From Eledone cirrhosa (lineage: Eukaryota): 64,000 nt of DNA. The stretch is taken from assembly GCA_964016885.1 (NCBI GenBank), contig OZ024741.1, forward strand, positions 260,400,001-260,464,000, written 5' to 3'. Positions 55,618 to 64,000 of the stretch are shown here, in pieces (the stretch's first letter is position 1; each line of letters begins with the position of its first letter). The position numbers and the translations under genes are program-made. The notes beneath the pieces were generated by a model. That model ran no database searches. It had not been told where the DNA came from and saw nothing but the letters and a program-made list of their open reading frames with translations.

Positions 55618-58600
55618 GTTTCGCTTTACGAGTGTTTCGGCGTACGAGTGTTTCGACTTACGAGTGTTTTAACTTACGGTTGTTTCGACTTACCCGTTTT
55701 TCGACTACGAATGTTCCGACTTACGAGTGTTTCGACTTACGAGTGTTTCGACTTACGAGTGCTTTGACTTACGAATGTTTTGACTTACTTCGACTTACGA
55801 GTGATCTGATTTACGAGTGTTCCTACTTACGAGTGTTTCGACTTACGAGTGTTTCGACTTGCGAGTGTTTCGACTTACGAGTGTTTCGGCTTACGAGTGT
55901 TTCGGTGTTTCGGCTTACGTGTGTTTCGACTTACGAGTGTTTCGACTTACGAGTGTTTCGGCTTATGAGTGTTTCGACTTACGAGTGCTTCGGCTTACGA
56001 GTGTTTCGACTTACGAGTGTTTTGACTTACGGTGTTTCGGCTTACGAGTGTTTCGACTTACGAGTGTTTTGACTTACGGGTGTTTTGACATACGAGTGTT
56101 TCGATACGAGTGTTCTGACTTACGAGTGTTCTGACTTACGAGTGTTTTGACTTACGAGTGTTCTGACTTACGAGTGTTGCGACTTACGAGTGTTCCGACT
56201 TACGAGTGTTTCGGCTTACGAGTGTTTCCGGCTTACGAGTGTTTCGACTTCCGAGTGTTTTGACTTACGGTGTTTCGGCTTACGAGTGATTCGACTTACG
56301 AGTGTTTTGACTTACGGGTGATTTGACTTACGGGTGTTGTGAATTACGAGTGTTCCGATTTACGAGTGTTTTGACTTACGAGTGTTCTGATTTACGGATG
56401 TTTCGACATACTAGTGTTTCGACTTACGAGTGTTTCGACTTATGAGTGTTTCGTCTTACGAGTGTTTCGGCTTACGAGTGTTTCGACTTACGAGTGTTTT
56501 GACTTACGGTGTTTCGGCTTACGAGTGTTTCGACTTACGAGTGTTTTGACTTACGGGTGTTTTGACATACGAGTGTTTCGATACGAGTGTTCTGACTTAC
56601 GAGTGTTCTGACTTACGAGTGTTTTGACTTACGAGTGTTCTGACTTACGAGTGTTGCGACTTACGAGTGTTCCGACTTACGAGTGTTTCGGCTTACGAGT
56701 GTTTCCGGCTTACGAGTGTTTCGACTTCCGAGTGTTTTGACTTACGGTGTTTCGGCTTACGAGTGATTCGACTTACGAGTGTTTTGACTTACGGGTGATT
56801 TGACTTACGGGTGTTGTGAATTACGAGTGTTCCGATTTACGAGTGTTTTGACTTACGGTGTTTCGGCTTACGAGTGATTCGACTTACGAATGTTTTGATT
56901 TACGGGTGTTTCGGCTTGCGAGTGTTTCGACTTACGAGTGTTTAGGCTTATGGGTGTTTCGACTTACTAATGTTTTTACTTACGAGTGTTTCGGCGTACG
57001 AGTGTTTTGACTTACGAGTGTTTCGACTTACGAGTGTTTCGACTTACGAGTGTTTCGGCTTACGTGAGTTTCGACTTAACTGTGTTCTGATTTACGAGTG
57101 TTCTGACTTGCGGGTGTTCTGATTTACGAGTGTTCCGACTTACGAGTGTTTCGGCTTATGAGTGTTTCGACTTACGAGTGTTTCGGCTTACAAGTGTTTC
57201 GACTTATGGGTGTTTCGACTCACGAGTGTTTTTACTTACGGTGTTTCGGCTTACGAGTGTTTCGACATACGAGTGTTTTGACTTACGGGTGTTTCGACTT
57301 ACGAGTGTTTTGACTTACGAATGTTTTGACTTACGGGTGTTTCGGCTTACGAGTTTTTCGACTTACTAATGTTCTTACTTACGAGTGTTTCGGCGTACGA
57401 GAGTTTTGACTTACGAGTGTTTCGACTTACGAGTGTTTCGACTTACGAGTGTTTTGACTTACGAATGTTTTGACTTACGGGTGTTTCGGCTTACGAGTGT
57501 TTCGACTTACGAGTCTTTCGGCTTACGAGTGTTTCGACTTACTAATGTTTTTACTTACGAGTGTTTCGGCGTACGAGTGTTTCGACTTACGAGTGTTTCG
57601 ACTTACGGGTGTTTTGACTTACGGGTGTTTCGGCTTACGAGTGTTTTGACTTACGAGTGTTTTGACTTAAGGGTGTTTCGACTTACGAGTATTTTTGGCT
57701 TACGAGTGTTTCGACTTACGAATGTTCTGATTTACGGATGTTTCGACATACGAGTGTTTCGACTTACGAGTGTTTCGACTTATGAGTGTTTCGACTTACC
57801 AGTGTTTCGGCTTATGAGTGTTTCGACTTACGAGTGTTTCGGCTTACGTGAGTTTCGACTTAAGAGTGTTCTGATTTACGAGTGTTCTGACTTGCGGGTG
57901 TTCTGATTTACGAATGTTCCGACTTACGAGTGTTTCGTCTTATGAGTGTTTCGACTTACGAGTGTTTCGGCTTACGAGTGTTTCGACTTACGAGTGTTTT
58001 GACTTACGAATGTTTTGACTTACGGGTGTTTCGGCTTACGAGTGTTTCGACTTACGAGTCTTTCGGCTTACGAGTGTTTCGGCGTACGAGTGTTTCGACT
58101 TACGAGTGTTTCGACTTACGGGTGTTTTGACTTAAGGGTGTTTCGACTTACGAGTATTTTTGGCTTACGAGTGTTTCGACTTACGAGTGTTTTGAATTAC
58201 GAGTGTTCTGATTTACGGATGTTTCGACATACGAGAGTTTCGACTTACGAGTGTTTCGACTTATGAGTGTTTCGACTTACGAGTGTTTCGACTTACGAGT
58301 GTTTCGGCTTATGAGTGTTTCGACTTACGAGTGTTTTGACTTACGGTGTTTCGGCTTACGAGTGTTTCGACTTACGAGTGTTTTGACTTACGGGTGTTTT
58401 GACATACGAGTGTTTCGATACGAGTGTTCTGACTTACGAGTGTTCTGACTTACGAGTGTTTTGACTTACGAGTGTTCTGACTTACGAGTGTTCCGACTTA
58501 CGAGTGTTCCGACTTACGAGTGTTTCGGCTTACGAGTGTTTCCGGCTTACGAGTGTTTCGACTTCCGAGTGTTTTGACTTACGGTGTTTCGGCTTACGAG

Positions 58601-59998
58601 TGATTCGACTTACGAGTGTTTTGACTTACGGGTGTTTTGACTTACGGGTGTTGTGAATTACGAGTGTTTCGACATACGAGTGTTCAGACTTACGAGTGTT
58701 CCGACTTACGAGCGTTCCGACTTACGAGTATTTCGACTTACGAGTGTTAAGACTTACGGGTGTTTTGACATACGAGTGTTTCGATACGAGTGTTTCGACT
58801 TACGAGTGTTACGAGTGTTCTGACTTACGAGTGTTCTGACTTACGAGTGTTCTGACTTACGAGTGTTCTGACTTACGAGCGTTCTGACTTACGAGTGTTC
58901 CGACTTACGAGTGTTTCGGCTTCGAGTGTTTCGACTTACGAGTGTTCTGACTTACGAGTGTTCCGACTTACGAGCGTTCCGACTTACGAGTGTTTCGGCT
59001 TACAAGTGTTCCGACTTACGAGTGTTTCGACTTACGAGTGTTTTGACTTACGGTGTTTCTGCTTACGAGTGTTTCGACTTACGAGTGTTAAGACTTACGG
59101 GTGTTTTGACATACGAGTGTTTCGATACGAGTGTTTCGACTTAGGAGTGTTACGAGTGTTCTGACTTACGAGTGATTCGACTTACGGGTGTTCTGACCTA
59201 CAAGTGTTCTGACTTACGAGTGTTTCGACTTACGATTGTTTTTTTCACTTACGAGTGTTTAGACTTACGAGTGTTTCGACTACGAATGTTCCGACTTACG
59301 AGTGTTTCGACTTACGAGTGTTTCGACTTACGGGTGTTCCGACTTACGAGTGTTTCGGCTTACGATTGTTTCCAGTTACGAGTGTTTCGGTTTACGAGTG
59401 TTTCGACTTACGGGTGTTTTGACTTACGGTGTTTTGGCTTACGAGTGTTTTGACTTACGAGTGTTTTGACTTACGGGTGTTTCGACTTACGGGTGTTTCG
59501 ACGTAAGAGTGTTTCGACTTACGAGCGCTTCGCCATACGAGTGTTTCGACTTACGAGTGTTTCGGCGTACGAGTGTTTTGACTTACGAGTGTTTCGACTT
59601 ACGAGTGCTTTGACTTACGAATGTTTTGAATTACTTCGACTTACGAGTGATCTGACTTTCGAGTGTTCCTACTTACGAGTGTTTCGACATACGAGTGTTT
59701 CGACTTGCGAGTGTTTCGACTTACGAGTGTTTCGACTTACGAGTGTTCTGACTTACGAGTGTTCTGACTTACGAGTGTTCCGACTTACGAGTGTTTTGAC
59801 TTACGAATGTTCTGACTTACGGGTGTTTCGCCTTACGAGTGTTTCGACTTACGAGTGTTTTAACTTACGGGTGTTTCGACTTACGCGTGTTTCGACTTAC
59901 CAGTGTTTCGACTTACGAGTGTTTCGACTTACGAATGTTCCGACTTACGAGTGTTTCTACTTACGAGTGTTTCGGCTTACGAGTGTTTCGACTTACGA

Positions 59999-60067
59999 AA
60001 ATAACAAATAGACGCGGTTTCAAATATCTATGCTTTTCAAATTCATTACATTAATCTTTATTTATAC
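59999..60067 (+). repeat. 69-bp AT-rich element, copy 12 (CAAATATCTATGCTTTT)
   Basis: Identical to copy 11, 4450 bp downstream. Confidence 0.97.
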
Positions 60068-62620
60068 GTTTCGCTTTACGAGTGTTTCGGCGTACGAGTG
60101 TTTCGACTTACGAGTGTTTTAACTTACGGTTGTTTCGACTTACCCGTTTTTCGACTACGAATGTTCCGACTTACGAGTGTTTCGACTTACGAGTGTTTCG
60201 ACTTACGAGTGCTTTGACTTACGAATGTTTTGACTTACTTCGACTTACGAGTGATCTGATTTACGAGTGTTCCTACTTACGAGTGTTTCGACTTACGAGT
60301 GTTTCGACTTGCGAGTGTTTCGACTTACGAGTGTTTCGGCTTACGAGTGTTTCGGTGTTTCGGCTTACGTGTGTTTCGACTTACGAGTGTTTCGACTTAC
60401 GAGTGTTTCGGCTTATGAGTGTTTCGACTTACGAGTGCTTCGGCTTACGAGTGTTTCGACTTACGAGTATTTCGGCTTACGAGTGTTTCGACGTACGAAT
60501 GTTTTGGCATACGAGTGTTTCGGCTTATGAGTGTTTCGGCTTACGAGTGTTTCGACTTACGAGTGTTTCGGCTTACGAGTGTTTCAGTGTTTCGGCTTAC
60601 GTGTGTTTCGACTTACGAGTGTTTCGACTTACGGCTGTTTCGGCTTACGAGTGTTTCGGCTTACGAGTGTTTCGGCTTACGAGTGTTTTGACTTACGAGT
60701 GTTTTGACTTACGATTGTTTCGCTTACGAGTGTTCTGACTTATGGGTTATCTGACTTACGAGTGTTCCGACTTACGAGTGTTTCGGCTTATGACGGTTTC
60801 GACTTACGAGTGCTTCGGCTTACGAGTGTTTCGACTTACGAGTGTTTCGGCTTACGAGTGTTTCGACTTCCGAGTGTTTTGACTTACGGTGTTTCGGCTT
60901 ACGAGTGATTCGACTTACGAGTGTTTTGACTTACGGGTGATTTGACTTACGGGTGTTGTGAATTACGAGTGTTCCGATTTACGAGTGTTTTGACTTACGG
61001 TGTTTCGGCTTACGAGTGATTCGACTTACGAATGTTTTGACTTACGGGTGTTTCGGCTTGCGAGTGTTTCGACTTACGAGTGTTTCGGCTTATGGGTGTT
61101 TCGACTTACTAATGTTTTTACTTACGAGTGGTTCGGCGTACGAGTGTTTTGACTTACGAGTGTTTCGACTTACGAGTGTTTCTACTTACGAGTGTTTCGG
61201 CTTACGTGAGTTTCGACTTAAGAGTGTTCTGATTTACGAGTGTTCTGACTTGCGGGTGTTCTGATTTACGAGTGTTCCGACTTACGAGTGTTTCGGCTTA
61301 TTAGTGTTTCGACTTACGAGTGTTTCGGCTTACGAGTGTTTCGACTCATGGGTGTTTCGACTTACGAGTGTTTTTACTTACGGTGTTTCGGCTTACGAGT
61401 GTTTCGACATACGAGTGTTTTGACTTACGGGTGTTTCGACTTACGAGTGTTTTGACTTACGAATGTTTTGACTTACGGGTGTTTCGGCTTACGAGTGTTT
61501 CGACTTACGAGTGTTTCGGCTTACGAGTGTTTCGACTTACTAATGTTCTTACTTACGAGTGTTTCGGCGTACGAGAGTTTTGACTTACGAGTGTTTCGAC
61601 TTACGAGTGTTTCTACTTACGAGTGTTTTGACTTACGAATGTTTTGACTTACGGGTGTTTCGGCTTACGAGTGTTTCGAATTACGAGTCTTTCGGCTTAC
61701 GAGTGTTTCGACTTACTAATGTTTTTACTTACGAGTGTTTCGGCGTACGAGTGTTTCGACTTACGAGTGTTTCGATTTACGGGTGTTTTGACTTACGGGT
61801 GTTTCGGCTTACGAGTGTTTTGACTTAAGGGTGTTTCGACTTACGAGTATTTCTGGCTTACGAGTGTTTCGACTTACGAGTGTTTTGACTTACGAGTGTT
61901 CTGATTTACGGATGTTTCGACATACGAGTGTTTCGACTTACGAGTGTTTCGACTTATGAGTTGTTCGACTTACGAGTGTTTCGGCTTATGAGTGTTTCGA
62001 CTTACGAGTGCTTCGGCTTACGAGTGTTTCGACTTACGAGTATTTCGGCTTACGAGTGTTTCGACGTACGAATGTTTTGGCTTACGAGTGTTTCGGCTTA
62101 TGAGTGTTTCGGCTTACGAGTGTTTCGACTTACGAGTGTTTCGGCTTACGAGTGTTTCAGTGTTTCGGCTTACGTGTGTTTCGACTTACGAGTGTTTCGA
62201 CTTACGACTGTTTCGGCTTACGAGTGTATCGGCTTACGAGTGTTTCGGCTTACAAGTGTTTTGACTTACGAGTGTTTTGACTTACGATTGTTTGGCTTAC
62301 GAGTGTTCTGACTTACGGGTGTTCTGACTTACGAGTGTTCCGACTTACGAGTGTTTCGGCTTACGAGTGTTTCGGCTTACGAGTGTTTCGACTTACGAGT
62401 GTTTCGACTTACGGGTGTTTCGACTTACGAGTGGTTTGGCTTACGGTGTTTCGGCTTACGAGTCTTTCGAGTTACGAGTGTTTTGACTTACGCGTGTTTT
62501 GACATACGAGTGTTTCGATACGAGTGTTCTGACTTACGAGTGTTCTGACTTACGAGTGTTCCGACTTTACGAGTGTTTCGGCTCACGAGTGTTTCGGCTT
62601 ACGAGTGTTTCGACTTACGA

Positions 62621-62689
62621 AAATAACAAATAGACGCGGTTTCAAATCTCTATGATTTTCAAATTCATTACATTAATCTTTATTTATAC
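62621..62689 (+). repeat. 69-bp AT-rich element, copy 13 (CTCTATGATTTT)
   Basis: Same element. The flanks resemble copies 1 and 5. Confidence 0.97.
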
Positions 62690-64000
62690 GTTTCGCTTTA
62701 CGAGTGTTTCGACTTACGAGTGTTTCGACATACGAGTGTTTCGACTCCCGAATGTTTTTGCTTACGGGTGTTTCGACTTACGAATGTTTCGGCTTACGAG
62801 TGTTTCGGCTTACGAGTGTTCCGACTTAGGAGTGTTTCGGCTTACGAGTGTTTCCGGCTTACGAGTGTTTCGACTTACGAGTGTTTCGACTTACGAGTGT
62901 TTCGGTTTACGAGTGTTTCGGTTTACGAGTGTTTCGACATACGAGTGTTTTGACTTACGGGTGTTTCGACTTACGGGTGTTTCGACTTACGAGTGTTTCG
63001 GCTTACGAGAGTTTCGACTTACTAATGTTTTTACTTACGAGTGTTTCGGTGTACGAATGTTTTGACTTAAGGATGTTTCGACTTACGAGTGTTTTGACTT
63101 ACGGTGTTTCGGCTTACGAGTGATTCGACTTACGAGTGTTTTGACTTAGGGGTGTTTTGACTTACGGGTGTTGTGAATTACCAGTGTTCCGATTTACGAG
63201 TGTTTTGACTTACGGTGTTTCGGCTTGCGAGTGTTTCGACTTACGAGTGTTTCGGCTTATGAATGTTTCGACTTACTAATGTTTTTATTTACGAGTGTTT
63301 CGGCGTTCGAGTGTTTTGACTTACGAGTGTTTCGACTTACGAGTGTTTTGACTTACGAATGTTTTGACTTACGGGTGTTTCGGCTTACGGGTGTTTCGAC
63401 TTACGAGTGTTTCGACTTACGAGTGTTCTGACTTACGAGTGTTCTGACTTACGAGTGTTCTGACTTACGAGTGTTCCGACTTACGAGTGTTTCGGTTTAC
63501 GAGTGTTTCGACATACGAGTGTTTTGACTTACGGGTGTTTCGACTTACGGGTGTTTCGACTTACGAGTGTTTCGGCTTACGAGAGTTTCGACTTACTAAT
63601 GTTTTTACTTACGAGTGTTTCGGTGTACGAATGTTTTGACTTAAGGATGTTTCGACTTACGAGTGTTTCGACTTACGAGTGTTTCGGCTTACGTGAGTTT
63701 CGACTTAAGAGTGTTCTGATTTACGAGTGTTCTGACTTGCGGGTGTTCTGATTTACGAGTGTTCCGACTTACGAGTGTTTCGGCTTATGAGTGTTTCGAC
63801 TTACGAGTGTTTCGGCTTACGAGTGTTTTGACTTATGGGTGTTTCGACTTACGAGTGTTTTTACTTACAGTGTTTCGGCTTAAGAGTGTTTCGACATACG
63901 AGTGTTTTGACTTACGGGTGTTTCGGCTTACGAGTGTTTCGACTTACGAGTGTTTCGGCTTGCGAGTGTTTCGATTACTAATGTTTTTACTTACGAGTGT

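Larger units (their letters stand above)
51890..60440 (+). repeat. Duplication of a 4482/4450-bp block (boundaries approximate)
   Basis: ORFs at 51932/56414, 52648/57130 and 54413/58895 (+4482), then 55016/59466 and 55632/60082 (+4450). Confidence 0.88.
1..64000 (+). repeat. 16-bp tandem satellite array, consensus GACTTACGAGTGTTTC, extending beyond both window edges
   Basis: The monomer is read continuously from base 1 to 64000 in one orientation. Common variants are TTTCGGC, TTTTGAC, TTCTGAC, TTCCGAC, TACGGGT, TATGAGT and TACGAAT. Length variants include 15 bp (GACTTACGGTGTTTC), 14 bp (GATACGAGTG...) and 17 bp (GTTTCCGGC, GACTTTACG). Confidence 0.99.

Noticed and set aside
344-63751. Hundreds of + strand ORFs encoding YECFDLRVFRLTSVST-like repeats
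   Set aside because: The consensus 16-mer has no stop codon in any + frame, so three monomers give a 16-aa repeat. The - strand carries TAA in every unit, which explains why all ORFs are on +. The ORFs overlap in all frames, end at random TGA variants, tolerate frameshifting indels and mostly start at GTG/TTG. There is no coding signal.
1-64000. CRISPR array
   Set aside because: The units are directly adjacent with no unique spacers, the repeat is only 16 bp, the 69-bp interruptions are all the same sequence, and no cas genes are present.
1-64000. Telomerase-synthesised telomere tract or G-quadruplex array
   Set aside because: The strand is T/G-skewed, but the consensus has no G runs. Kilobase-scale copying of ordered variants and of the embedded element points to recombination-based amplification, not templated addition.

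Overview
The whole 64-kb window is one head-to-tail, single-orientation tandem array of a 16-bp monomer (consensus GACTTACGAGTGTTTC, about 4,000 units) with recurrent substitution and 1-8 bp indel variants. The only non-monomer sequence I found is a 69-bp AT-rich element (AAATAACAAATAGACGCGGTTTCAAAT...TTAATCTTTATTTATAC). It occurs 13 times, 2.6-9.1 kb apart, always in the same orientation and at the same monomer phase. Ordered variant monomers reveal nested higher-order duplications (offsets about 1.2, 4.1, 4.5, 5.2, 7.2, 10.1 and 17.3 kb, plus a similarity at about 43.8 kb). I see no credible protein-coding gene, RNA gene, CRISPR array or transposon. The listed ORFs follow from the monomer lacking a stop codon on the + strand. 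The architecture resembles eukaryotic satellite DNA (centromeric, pericentromeric or subtelomeric), but neither organism nor function can be determined from the sequence alone.
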